From Mollicutes bacterium (GTDB lineage Bacteria; Bacillota_I; Bacilli_A; RF39; UBA660), in contig SFOJ01000004.1 in assembly GCA_004552445.1 (NCBI GenBank), forward strand, positions 7,802-71,801: a DNA stretch of 64,000 nt, given 5' to 3'. The notes under the pieces were generated by a model. The model did not search any database. It was not told the DNA's origin and saw only the letters and a list, made by a program, of their open reading frames with translations. The position numbers and the translations under genes are program-made. Numbering within the stretch: position 1 is the first letter of the stretch; every line of letters starts with the position of its first letter. This document shows positions 19,566-30,144 of this stretch, piece by piece.

Positions 19566-20691
19566 AATTATAGGTATTATCGCAGAATATAATCCATTTC
19601 ATAATGGACATTTATATCAAATTAAAAAAATAAGAGAAAAGTATAAAGATGCTACTATTGTTGTGGTGTCTTCATCTTCATTTACTCAAAGGGGAGAAAT
19701 TTCTCTATTAAATAAGTTTGATAAGACTAAGGTTGCACTTAATAATGGTGTTGATTTAGTAATAGAACTTCCATATGTGTATAGTACTCAAAGCAGTGAT
19801 ATATTTGCTAGTGCTGCTATTAAAATATTAAATTATTTAAAGATAAATACTTTATGTTTTGGAACTGAAAGAGATAACATTGATGATATAAAAATTTGTG
19901 CTCAAACACAACTTAATAATCCAGAATATGATATTCTTGTTAAAAAATATTTAAATGATGGTTTTAACTATCCTACTGCTCTAAATAAGGCACTAAAGAG
20001 TCTTGTGGATATAGAAATAACTGAACCAAATGAATTACTTGCACTTAGTTATATTAAAGAAATAATAAGTAATAAATTAAATATAGATATATTTAATATT
20101 AAAAGAACTAATGATTATCATGATATAGAATCTAATGAAAGTATTGTTTCTGCCTCTAATATTAGAAATAAATTAATTAATAATATTGATATTAAAGATA
20201 AAGTTCCAAGTGATGTTTATGATATACTTAAAAATATTAAGTTTAATAACAAATATTTTGAATTTTTAAAATATAAAATTAACTCTGAAAGTGATTTAGA
20301 AAAATACTTAGATGTTGATGAGGGATTAAGTACTAGAATAAGGAATGCTATAAATGAATCTAATAATTTAGAAGAATTAATTCAAAATATTAAGACTAAA
20401 CGTTATACTTATAATAAAATATCTAGAATGCTTAATCATATACTTTGTTCTTTTACCAAAGATGAAAGAGACGATGTTAAAAATATAGAATATATTAGAA
20501 TACTTGGTTTTAGTGACACTGGTCAAAGACACTTAAATAATATTAAGAATGATCTTTCAATTAACATTCTTAATAAATATGATACAAGTTATAGAGCTCT
20601 TGAAATAGAAAAACGTGTTTCATTAATATATTCAATGATCATTAATGATATAATGGATGCTGAAATTAAAAATAAACCAATTAAAAAGTGA
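19558..20691 (+). CDS. tmcAL: tRNA(Met) cytidine acetate ligase (YlbM/UPF0348 nucleotidyltransferase)
   Basis: IGIIAEYNPFHNGHLYQI N-terminus typical of YlbM. Confidence 0.75.
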   Translation: MNKIIGIIAEYNPFHNGHLYQIKKIREKYKDATIVVVSSSSFTQRGEISLLNKFDKTKVALNNGVDLVIELPYVYSTQSSDIFASAAIKILNYLKINTLCFGTERDNIDDIKICAQTQLNNPEYDILVKKYLNDGFNYPTALNKALKSLVDIEITEPNELLALSYIKEIISNKLNIDIFNIKRTNDYHDIESNESIVSASNIRNKLINNIDIKDKVPSDVYDILKNIKFNNKYFEFLKYKINSESDLEKYLDVDEGLSTRIRNAINESNNLEELIQNIKTKRYTYNKISRMLNHILCSFTKDERDDVKNIEYIRILGFSDTGQRHLNNIKNDLSINILNKYDTSYRALEIEKRVSLIYSMIINDIMDAEIKNKPIKK

Positions 20692-20703
20692 CTTATGTCA
20701 CTT

Positions 20704-23271
20704 TTATTTTGCTTCATACCAGTCTTTTCCGTAGTTTATTTCTACTTTTAATGGTACATCTAATTTATATATATTCTCCATAGTATCTCTTACTATATCT
20801 TTTACTTCATCTATTTCATCTTCAGGTACATCAAATATTAATTCATCATGAACTTGTAATAACATTTTAGTTTTCAATTTCTTTTCTTTTAATATATTAT
20901 GTAGTTTTACCATAGCCATTTTAAGTATATCTGCTGCTGTTCCTTGGATTGGAGTATTAAGTGCCATCCTTTCACCCATTTGTCTAATCATATAATTAGT
21001 GTTTTTAAGTTCTTCTATTTCTCTTTTTCTATTAAATATTGTTCTTACTTCTCCTGTTTTCTTAGCTTCTTCGACTATATTTTTCATATAATTATTTACT
21101 TCTGGATATAGTGTTAAATATTTATCTATATATTTTTTTGCTTCTACCGCACTTATATCGAGATTTTCTCCTAAACCATAACCACTGATACCATAAACGA
21201 TACCAAATATTACAGCTTTTGCTGTGCGTCTTTGATTTGGTGTTACTTCGCTTTCATTAATACCAAAAATATCACTTGCTACATGAGTATGTATATCTTC
21301 ACCATTAATAAAAGCATTTTTAAGACTATCAGAAGAACTTATATGAGCTAATACTCTTAATTCAATTTGTGAGTAATCGCTTGAAAGAAGATATCCATTT
21401 GTACTTGGAATGAATGCTTTTCTTATTTTCTTTCCTTCTTCACTTCTAACAGGTATATTTTGAAGATTTGGTTCAATGGATGATAATCTACCAGTACGTG
21501 TACCAGTTTGTTTATATATAGTATGTATTTTACCATCTTCCAAAATATAACTATTAAACGTATCTAAGTATGTACTTACTAATTTTGAAAGGTTTCTATA
21601 TTCTAATATTTCATTTATAATTGGAAATCTATCTTTATATTTAATTAATACATCATGAGCAGTAGATGTTGCATTTTTACCCCTACCTTTTGGAATTCCA
21701 ATTTTTTCATAAAGTATATCACCTAATTGCTTAGGACTTGATATATTAAATGTTTCACCAGCAAATTCATATATTTTATTTTCTATTATAGTTAGTCTTT
21801 CTTTTAGTTCTTTTGATAACTCATCTATTACATTAGGGCACACACTTATACCATTTATTTCCATAGTAGATAGTACTTCAATTAGAGGATGCTCTATATT
21901 AGTATAAAGATCATAAAGATTTTCATTCTTTAACTTCTTATTAAAGTCTTCATATGTATCATATAAAAACTTAGCTTTTTTTACTATAGAAGATATTATT
22001 TCTTCTTCTGATAGTGGATTTTTTTTAGAAATGATTGTTTCATAATAAGGTATCTCTATACCATATGTAGTACTTATATATGAAACATCATCTTTAACAT
22101 TATATTCAAGTAAATATGAAGCTATTAATGTATCAAAAGACGAATTAGTATCAATACCAAATTTATTTAAGAAAACTATATTTTTTTTATAATCAAATGT
22201 TACTAAAATATCTTTTAATATATCTCTATTTAGAAGTAAACTTGCTTCATCAAAGTAATATGCATTCTTTCCATCATAAATAGATGCTCCTATAAATTTA
22301 GCTTTGTTATAGTTTGTGTTATCTAGTTCTATATATAAGCTTTTCTTTCCCTTTAATTCTATTTTTCCTTTTACTATTGTATATGTTGCTTCTTTTTTAT
22401 TAACTTTAGTAGGAATGGATTTTAAAAATGAATTAAATTCTAGTTCTTTATATTTTTCTATTAATGCTTCTATATTTGGTTTTAAATATCTAATACTTTC
22501 AAAAGTATATTCAAAATCTATTGTTTTATAGATAGTTGCTAATTTATATGAAAAATATGCATTTTCTTTATCATTTTCTAGTTTTTCCTTTGTTTTTCCA
22601 CCAATTTCATCTAAGTGATTATATACTCCATCAAGTGTTTCATATTTTTGAAGAAGTGAAAGTGCTGTTTTTTCACCTATTCCTTTAACGCCAGGTATGT
22701 TATCACTAGCATCTCCCATTAATGATTTTAGATCTATCATTCTAATAGGTTTAATGCCATATACTTCCATAAATTTATTTTCATCCATCATTATGTAGTC
22801 TTTTTGTTTTAAAAGTTTAACATTTACTTCATCACTAATAAGCTGTAATAAATCTTTGTCACTACTTATGATAGTTGCATTATAGTTTTTATCTTCATCA
22901 GCCATTCTTGCGAATGTACCAATTATATCATCTGCTTCATAGTTATCGCATTCTATATATTTAATACCAAGAAGTGTACATATTTCTTTAGCTTCTTTAA
23001 ATTGTATCTTTAAATCTTGTGGTGTTTCAATACGACCATCTTTATAGTTATCATACATGTCTTGTCTAAAATTATGTCCTTTATCGAATGCTACCATTAT
23101 ATATTCAGGATTTTCTTCATTAATTATTTTATTTAACATGTTAATGAATCCATATAATGCATTTGTTGGGAATCCTTTACTATTTTTCATTAAATTTCCA
23201 TTGTATGCAGTTGCATAGTAACTTCTAAATAATAAATTATTTCCATCTATTAAAATTGCTCTTTTCTTCAT
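20704..23271 (-). CDS. polA: DNA polymerase I
   Basis: 5' nuclease N-domain, DYSQIELRVLAH, QVHDELIF; ATG 23271 follows AAGGTGAGG (track start is a GTG inside the SD). Confidence 0.9.
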   Translation of the reverse strand: MKKRAILIDGNNLLFRSYYATAYNGNLMKNSKGFPTNALYGFINMLNKIINEENPEYIMVAFDKGHNFRQDMYDNYKDGRIETPQDLKIQFKEAKEICTLLGIKYIECDNYEADDIIGTFARMADEDKNYNATIISSDKDLLQLISDEVNVKLLKQKDYIMMDENKFMEVYGIKPIRMIDLKSLMGDASDNIPGVKGIGEKTALSLLQKYETLDGVYNHLDEIGGKTKEKLENDKENAYFSYKLATIYKTIDFEYTFESIRYLKPNIEALIEKYKELEFNSFLKSIPTKVNKKEATYTIVKGKIELKGKKSLYIELDNTNYNKAKFIGASIYDGKNAYYFDEASLLLNRDILKDILVTFDYKKNIVFLNKFGIDTNSSFDTLIASYLLEYNVKDDVSYISTTYGIEIPYYETIISKKNPLSEEEIISSIVKKAKFLYDTYEDFNKKLKNENLYDLYTNIEHPLIEVLSTMEINGISVCPNVIDELSKELKERLTIIENKIYEFAGETFNISSPKQLGDILYEKIGIPKGRGKNATSTAHDVLIKYKDRFPIINEILEYRNLSKLVSTYLDTFNSYILEDGKIHTIYKQTGTRTGRLSSIEPNLQNIPVRSEEGKKIRKAFIPSTNGYLLSSDYSQIELRVLAHISSSDSLKNAFINGEDIHTHVASDIFGINESEVTPNQRRTAKAVIFGIVYGISGYGLGENLDISAVEAKKYIDKYLTLYPEVNNYMKNIVEEAKKTGEVRTIFNRKREIEELKNTNYMIRQMGERMALNTPIQGTAADILKMAMVKLHNILKEKKLKTKMLLQVHDELIFDVPEDEIDEVKDIVRDTMENIYKLDVPLKVEINYGKDWYEAK

Positions 23272-23339
23272 AATCCTCACCTTTTATTATTGTACTATAT
23301 TTTTTTAATTTTATAAATAATTAAAAAGAGATATTTTTC

Positions 23340-24089
23340 TTATACCTCTATTGTTTCACTTATTTTATCTTTATATGCTATATATATTGGAATATTTTTA
23401 TCTATTGCTTCTCTATTCACTTCATATGCTTTTTCATATGTATTGTCATTTTCACTAATGTGCACTAGCATTATGTCTTTTGTATTTGGACCTATAAAAT
23501 GATTTAAGTATTTAGCACAATCTTCGTTAGATAAATGTCCTTCATCTCCTATATTTCTATATTTAATGTATTCGAATTTATTTCCATTCATTTCCATTTC
23601 TACATCATGGTTACTTTCTAACAAATATACTGTTTTATTTTTCATTTTCTCATGATATCTTGAATGTATCATACCAGTATCAGTCATATACACTAGTGAT
23701 TTACCATTTTTTTCGAATACAAAGCCAAATCCTTTTTTATCATGACTTATTGGTACTTTAGTAAATTTTATTCCCATAATATTATCTAATTCATCAAATA
23801 GTTCATAGTTTTTTATGTAATCTTTTTTATTATATTCATTTAATGTTTCAATAGATATATATATTTTTGTATTATATACTCTATTAAATGAATGTATACT
23901 TTTAACATGATCAGAGTGAGCATGTGTAACTATTATAAAGTCTAAATCTTCAGGGTGTTCGTTAATACTATAAAGTGCTTCTTTTAGTTTTCCGAATTGA
24001 AGTCCTGCATCTATTAAAAATTTGACATTATCAATATTAACAAAAGTAGAATTTCCACTACTACTACTTCCTAAAACTACAATTTTCAT
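23340..24089 (-). CDS. MBL-fold metallo-hydrolase
   Basis: VTHAHSDH motif, 249 aa. Confidence 0.8.
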   Translation of the reverse strand: MKIVVLGSSSSGNSTFVNIDNVKFLIDAGLQFGKLKEALYSINEHPEDLDFIIVTHAHSDHVKSIHSFNRVYNTKIYISIETLNEYNKKDYIKNYELFDELDNIMGIKFTKVPISHDKKGFGFVFEKNGKSLVYMTDTGMIHSRYHEKMKNKTVYLLESNHDVEMEMNGNKFEYIKYRNIGDEGHLSNEDCAKYLNHFIGPNTKDIMLVHISENDNTYEKAYEVNREAIDKNIPIYIAYKDKISETIEV

Positions 24090-24192
24090 ATAACCACCAG
24101 GAAATATTATAGCATAAACTAACGTTAAAATTACAAGTTCTTATTATCTAGGTCTATTTTATTTTTTTAAATAAAAAGAAGCAATAAGCTTC

Positions 24193-27100
24193 TTATAAAT
24201 CAAATAAACTAAGTTGTGAACTTTCAGGTATTCCTTTGAATATTCCCATTGCTCTCATTTTATCAATTAGTGTTTGTGATACTTTGCATCTACTTTGGAA
24301 GTCTTCAATACTAATAAATGGTCTTTTTTGCGCTTCTGCTTCTATATTCTTAGCAACTGTTTCACCAAGGCCATCTATTGTAATAAATGGTGGAATGATC
24401 GTTTTATCATCTTCTACTCCAAACGTAAGACCTTTTGATTTATAAAGGTCAAATTCTGATACTCTTATATGTCTTGCAGCCATTTCAAGTGCTACATTTA
24501 AACATTCTTGAACACCTGCTTCTTTATTAGTAGCATCGTATCCTTTATTTTTAATTTCAATTATTTTATTTTTTATTGCATCGTATCCTTTAATCATAGT
24601 TTCAATATCAAAGTCTGTTGCCTTAGTACTAAACCATGAAGCATAGAAGTATGCTGGCATATGTACTTTATACCAAGCGATTCTAAATGCACTTGTTACG
24701 TATGCTGCGGCGTGTGCTTTAGGGAACATGTATTTAATTTTTTGACATGAATCAATAAACCATTCTTCTATTCCTGCTTCTTCCATAGTTTTTCTATGAT
24801 CTGCCCATGTTATAGGATCTTTTGATGCTTTACCTTTACGAACAAATTCCATTATTTTAAATGCTTTTATTGGTTTCATTCCTTTATACATTAAATATAC
24901 CATAATATCATCACGACATCCGATAACATCTTTAAATGGAACTCTTATTTTTCCTGTTTCATCTGGTGTACATAAGTCTCTTGCATTTCCTAACCAAACA
25001 TCGGTTCCATGAGAAAGTCCTGATATTTTGACAAGTTCTGCGAATGTTGTTGGTTTAGTTTCTGCGACCATACCAATTGTAAATGGTGTTCCAAATTCTG
25101 GAATACCAAGTGTACCTGTTGGGCACATTATCTCATCATTTGTAACACCTAAAACTTTTGTTGATGTAAATATGCTCATTGTATCTTTATCATCTAATGG
25201 TACTTTTGATACATCTGTATGACTTAAATCTTGTATTAGTCTTAATTGTGTTGGATCTGAATGACCTAATATATCTAGCTTTAGAAGATCTGCGTCTATT
25301 GCATGATAATCAAAGTGAGTTGTTCTCCATGCTGAATTTACATCGTCTGCTGGGAATTGGAATGGTGTAAAATCAGATACTTCCATATAATCTGGAACAA
25401 CTACTATACCACCTGGATGTTGACCAGTTGTTCTTTTAACACCTGTACATCCCATAGCAAGTCTTTCTATTTCACAACTCCTCTTATCCATAATTCCTTT
25501 ATCTTCAAAATATCCTCTTACAAAACCATAAGCTGTTTTTTCTGCAACTGTACCTATTGTTCCTGCTCTATAAACGTTATCAACTCCAAACAATACTTTT
25601 GTATATTCATGAGCTGATGCTTGATTTAAGTCTGAAAAGTTAAGATCTATATCTGGTACTTTATCTGCATTGAATCCTAGGAAAGTTGCAAATGGCATAT
25701 CTTGCCCATCTTTAATCATTTTTTCACCACAATTAGGACAAATTTTATCTGGAAGATCAAAACCACTTGAGTAATCTGCTCCGTAAGGCTTACCTTCTTC
25801 ATCTAGGAATAAACTTGTTTGACATTTTGCACATCTATAGTGTGCTGGAAGTGGATTAACTTCAGTTATCCCCATCATTGTTGCAACAAAACTGCTACCT
25901 ACAGACCCTCTTGAACCTACTAGGTATCCTTCATCATTTGAGTGTTTAACAAGTCTTTGAGCTATTAGGTATATCGGATCAAATCCTCCACCAATAATAC
26001 CTCCTAGTTCTTTTTTCACTTTTTTAGCTAAGCTCTTTTCATTTAACTCTCCATCTTCTTCACTCCATTTACTTTTAACATTTTCTCCAATTAACTCTTT
26101 TACTTTATCAAACCCTTGAAGTAATGTTTCGTGTAAATTTTTAAATGTTTCTTTTTCTAACTCTTCATCTGTTATATTTGGATTTTGTGTTTTAATTAAA
26201 TCATTCCAGTATTTATATATAGCATCCCCATATAATTCTTTTGATATACGTTCTTCTATATTATATGGCAGTGGATCTCCATACCATTCTTTTGCTTTTT
26301 CAAATACTAGATCTGTTACAACTCTTGGACAGTCTAAGTAACTTTGGCCATCATCTGCTTTAACTCTTGGACTAAATGGTATACCACCTGTATCTATAAT
26401 TACTTCAAATTCTCCAATCATATCACAAATCTTATTTGTATTTGTTACAACTATTTCGTAAGCTAAGTCCTTATCTAGAAAGTCAAAATCATTTAACATT
26501 TCGTTTGTTGTTCTAAAATGTTGTGATGGGATATTTGTAATATTACTTTTAGCAAGTGGATGTCTTCCTCCACCTGGAACTTTTTGATTTATTATAATTT
26601 CTCTATATATTTTATCTTCTCTTGTAAAATGGTGTACGTCTCCTGTTGCTACTATAATTTTACCTGCTGATTTTGTCGCTTCAATTACTTTTTTAATATG
26701 ATTCTTTAATTCAAAATTATTTGCAAAATCACTTGTTTGTATTAAGTGGTCGTATACTTCTGGTGGCTGTACTTCTACATAATCATAAAAATTGATTATA
26801 TTTGTTAATTCTTCACCATCTTTACTTCTTGCTTCTTTGAATACTTCTGACTCATAACATCCACTACCAATAAGTAATCCTTCTCTTAATTCATTTAATT
26901 TACTTCTTAATATTCTAGGTGTCTTATATAAATATGTAGTGTTTGCTAAAGATATAATTTTAAACATATTTTTAAGACCAGTTCTATTTAAAGCAATTGC
27001 ATTAAAGTGATATGTTCTACCAAATTTATATATTTCATCTTTACTAATTAGTTTTTCTAAGTCACATATTTTTTCATAGTTTTGACCTATTAGTTTTTGA

Positions 27101-28800
27101 CACATTTTATGGAATACTAATGCTGTTCCTTCTGCATCATAATCTGCTCTATGATGGCTTTCTTCATCAAATGGTACATTATATCTTTTAACTAATGCTG
27201 ATAAGCTATGTCTTGCAAATCCTTGATCTAATGCTCTTGATAATTCTAAAGTATCTATTACTGTATTTGTAAATTCTCCTAAATTATATTTTCTCATTGC
27301 ATTTTCAATAAATGAAATATCAAATTTGGCGTTATGAGCAACCATTGGAGAATCTCCAGTCCACTCTAAAAATCTTTTAGTTACTTCTTCTTCGCTTCCA
27401 GCATCTTTAACCATTTCATCTGTTATTTCGGTTAATTCAGTAATCTTATCTGGTATATGTCTTCCTGGATTTATAAATTCGTCAAATCTATCTATTATGG
27501 TACCATTTTGTATTTTAACTGCACCTATTTCAATCATTTGATCACCTGATGCAGCGTTAAAACCTGTTGTTTCTGTATCGTATACTACAAATGTTGTATT
27601 TTCAAGTGTTTTTTCTGATGGTCTTACTACTATTTCTACAGTATCATCTACTAAAGTAAGTTCTGTTCCATAGATTCCTTTAAATTTCTTACTAGGGTCT
27701 TCTTGTTTTTTATTGTATCCTTGAATAATTCCGTATGCAATAGGGAATGCTTGACAACCATTATGATCTGTAATAGCGACTCCTCTGTATCCCATTTCTA
27801 TTGCTCTACTTACTAGTTCACAAGTATGAGCTCCTAAATCTAATTTAGTAAGTCCATCCATTTGGCTCATCATAGTATGAGCATGTAATTCTACTCTTTT
27901 TACCTCAGCATCATCTGTTAATTTTTCTACTTTCTTTTCATAAGTTTCTATATCATTAATACCAAATTCATAGTCATTACTTCTTTGGTTATATTTTATA
28001 TTTCCTTTAAATTTATACCATTTATCTTTTTTTATATTTGAAAGAAGATAATCAAATTCTTCTTGTTTTTTAGTGAAAATATTAGCCATTATACTATCTG
28101 TATAGTCTGTTAACTTAAGGGTGATTATGAACCAACCACTTTGAGTACTTTTAGAGTCAATTCCAAATACTTGAGCTATTAATATTACTCTATCTTCATT
28201 AGTTATTAGGTTCTTTATTTCTGATGGTTCTCCAGCTATTGGATTTCCTTTAATTATTTTTCTTACTTCTTTATTTACTATTTTTTCTGTAGTTGTATTT
28301 AATTCTTTCTTAAATTTTTCTCTTTCTTCTTCATTAATATTAGATGTTACTTCTACATCATCAAATCCCATATCACTCATAAATATTTCTATTTTTTCTT
28401 TTATTTCTTCTATTTTGTTATATTCTGCTGGATTTAAAACTTCTATATTTATCTTGTTATTATTAAATGTTATCTTATTTCTATCTATGCATTTAAGCAT
28501 TGGACATCTACTGATTAAAATATCAAAATAGTAATCAAAATATTCTTTAAATAATAGTGTGTTATTTTCTACTATAAATTTAAATCTTACTTCTTTTGCT
28601 CCTTCAAGTGTCTTTCCTTTTTCATAAGTTTCTTTAAAAACTTCTATTGGTGGAAGTAAATCGATATTGATAATCATAGTCATTTTATTTTCTTTGCGTT
28701 TTAAAAGTACTTCTTTTAAAGAAGCATTTTCATAATATTTTAAATAATCTTTATTAAAATTTATGGCATTAAAAAATCTTATTAACTTATCGTCTTTCAC
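24193..28800 (-). CDS. polC: DNA polymerase III alpha, PolC type
   Basis: PHP, DEDD exonuclease (VVYDTETTG) and Pol III core regions; GTG start after GGAGGTGAGG. Confidence 0.95.
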   Translation of the reverse strand: MKDDKLIRFFNAINFNKDYLKYYENASLKEVLLKRKENKMTMIINIDLLPPIEVFKETYEKGKTLEGAKEVRFKFIVENNTLLFKEYFDYYFDILISRCPMLKCIDRNKITFNNNKINIEVLNPAEYNKIEEIKEKIEIFMSDMGFDDVEVTSNINEEEREKFKKELNTTTEKIVNKEVRKIIKGNPIAGEPSEIKNLITNEDRVILIAQVFGIDSKSTQSGWFIITLKLTDYTDSIMANIFTKKQEEFDYLLSNIKKDKWYKFKGNIKYNQRSNDYEFGINDIETYEKKVEKLTDDAEVKRVELHAHTMMSQMDGLTKLDLGAHTCELVSRAIEMGYRGVAITDHNGCQAFPIAYGIIQGYNKKQEDPSKKFKGIYGTELTLVDDTVEIVVRPSEKTLENTTFVVYDTETTGFNAASGDQMIEIGAVKIQNGTIIDRFDEFINPGRHIPDKITELTEITDEMVKDAGSEEEVTKRFLEWTGDSPMVAHNAKFDISFIENAMRKYNLGEFTNTVIDTLELSRALDQGFARHSLSALVKRYNVPFDEESHHRADYDAEGTALVFHKMCQKLIGQNYEKICDLEKLISKDEIYKFGRTYHFNAIALNRTGLKNMFKIISLANTTYLYKTPRILRSKLNELREGLLIGSGCYESEVFKEARSKDGEELTNIINFYDYVEVQPPEVYDHLIQTSDFANNFELKNHIKKVIEATKSAGKIIVATGDVHHFTREDKIYREIIINQKVPGGGRHPLAKSNITNIPSQHFRTTNEMLNDFDFLDKDLAYEIVVTNTNKICDMIGEFEVIIDTGGIPFSPRVKADDGQSYLDCPRVVTDLVFEKAKEWYGDPLPYNIEERISKELYGDAIYKYWNDLIKTQNPNITDEELEKETFKNLHETLLQGFDKVKELIGENVKSKWSEEDGELNEKSLAKKVKKELGGIIGGGFDPIYLIAQRLVKHSNDEGYLVGSRGSVGSSFVATMMGITEVNPLPAHYRCAKCQTSLFLDEEGKPYGADYSSGFDLPDKICPNCGEKMIKDGQDMPFATFLGFNADKVPDIDLNFSDLNQASAHEYTKVLFGVDNVYRAGTIGTVAEKTAYGFVRGYFEDKGIMDKRSCEIERLAMGCTGVKRTTGQHPGGIVVVPDYMEVSDFTPFQFPADDVNSAWRTTHFDYHAIDADLLKLDILGHSDPTQLRLIQDLSHTDVSKVPLDDKDTMSIFTSTKVLGVTNDEIMCPTGTLGIPEFGTPFTIGMVAETKPTTFAELVKISGLSHGTDVWLGNARDLCTPDETGKIRVPFKDVIGCRDDIMVYLMYKGMKPIKAFKIMEFVRKGKASKDPITWADHRKTMEEAGIEEWFIDSCQKIKYMFPKAHAAAYVTSAFRIAWYKVHMPAYFYASWFSTKATDFDIETMIKGYDAIKNKIIEIKNKGYDATNKEAGVQECLNVALEMAARHIRVSEFDLYKSKGLTFGVEDDKTIIPPFITIDGLGETVAKNIEAEAQKRPFISIEDFQSRCKVSQTLIDKMRAMGIFKGIPESSQLSLFDL

Positions 28801-28872
28801 TTACCTCACCTCCTTCAATTATACATAACAAAAAAAATTATATCAATAAAGTTTGACATAATTTTTATTATT

Positions 28873-29553
28873 TTATTTCCAATCTTCGGCATTTATTAAG
28901 TTTTCATATTTATACATTTGATTGAATCTATTTTTGATAAATGCTTGGCTTTTATATGAATCAATCATTTCTATTTTCATATCATAAATATCTTCTGGTA
29001 TTTCTCTTGCAAATTTATTTTGATTTATTCTTTTTTTAGAATAATATTTACCAAAATATTTAAGTTTTCCAATTTTTTCTTTATTATATACTTTTGTAAC
29101 TATATTACTTGTTATTTTATGATGGATATGTCCATATTCTCCTTCTGGATTGTGTGTTACGATTGTATTCCATTTTTTCTTTTTGATTACATATTTTAAT
29201 TCATATTCTATTTGTTTTTTATAGTGTTTCCAATCGCTTCTTTTTCCTCTTACTTTATCTGGTTTATCTAAAACTATTAATCTATCTTTTGATATTTTAA
29301 GAGCTGCTTCAATTTCTTTTTCACGCTTTTTATTAGTACCACATGTAATGCAAACTACTAAATATTTATTTTTTAATAATTCTTCGCTTCCCCATAGTGT
29401 CTCATCATCTGGATGTGCAACTATCATTAATCTTTCTACATTATTCCAATCATGAAATCTAAATAAGCCATTTTTTCTAAGATAAATTTTACTAAATAGC
29501 ACTAAACAAAAAGAAAATAATGTTAAAATAAAAAATATTATAACCTTTTTCAT
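28873..29553 (-). CDS. PIG-L/LmbE-family deacetylase with N-terminal anchor
   Basis: VAHPDDE motif, HxxH later; signal-anchor helix. Confidence 0.7.
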   Translation of the reverse strand: MKKVIIFFILTLFSFCLVLFSKIYLRKNGLFRFHDWNNVERLMIVAHPDDETLWGSEELLKNKYLVVCITCGTNKKREKEIEAALKISKDRLIVLDKPDKVRGKRSDWKHYKKQIEYELKYVIKKKKWNTIVTHNPEGEYGHIHHKITSNIVTKVYNKEKIGKLKYFGKYYSKKRINQNKFAREIPEDIYDMKIEMIDSYKSQAFIKNRFNQMYKYENLINAEDWK

Positions 29554-29607
29554 GCTTCCCCTCTTTTTGACTATATATGATTATAATACTTTTTAATTTA
29601 TTTTCAA

Positions 29608-30144
29608 CTATTTTTCTTCTTTTGACTCTTCTTTACTTACATTTTCTTCTTTTGATGTTTTTTTAAGTGTTAATTCTTCACCATTTTTTGCTTGATTTTT
29701 TAATGTCTTAAAAATTCCACTTACTCCAAGAACTGTAAATAATACTGCGAATATTAAGTCTTTTATAATTGCACTTTTGAATTCTGTATTACTATATAAT
29801 AATGATAATATTTCAAAACTTGGTGTTAATCCTTCTTTAATTATTAATAAAGCAGGTATTACATATAAAGTTGTAAAAATAATAACTATTATAGAAACTA
29901 TACCAATAATATATGGAACTTTAATATCCATCTTTCCTTTAAATAATTTGTATCCTAAAAATGCTCCGTATCCTATTAAGAATGCCATAAATGACCACAT
30001 CATTTCTACATACACATACATTATAATCCAGGGTAGACTTGCTACTAGTCCACCTAAAATTGAACCTATAATTCCAAATAAATATCCATTATTAGTTTCT
30101 GGTTTTATACTATTTTCTGTTGTAACTTTTGCTTCTTTGTTCAT
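29608..30144 (-). CDS. hypothetical membrane protein (4 TM), translationally coupled to lysS
   Basis: TAATG stop/start overlap with lysS; hydrophobic helices; K/E-rich tail. Confidence 0.65.
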   Translation of the reverse strand: MNKEAKVTTENSIKPETNNGYLFGIIGSILGGLVASLPWIIMYVYVEMMWSFMAFLIGYGAFLGYKLFKGKMDIKVPYIIGIVSIIVIIFTTLYVIPALLIIKEGLTPSFEILSLLYSNTEFKSAIIKDLIFAVLFTVLGVSGIFKTLKNQAKNGEELTLKKTSKEENVSKEESKEEK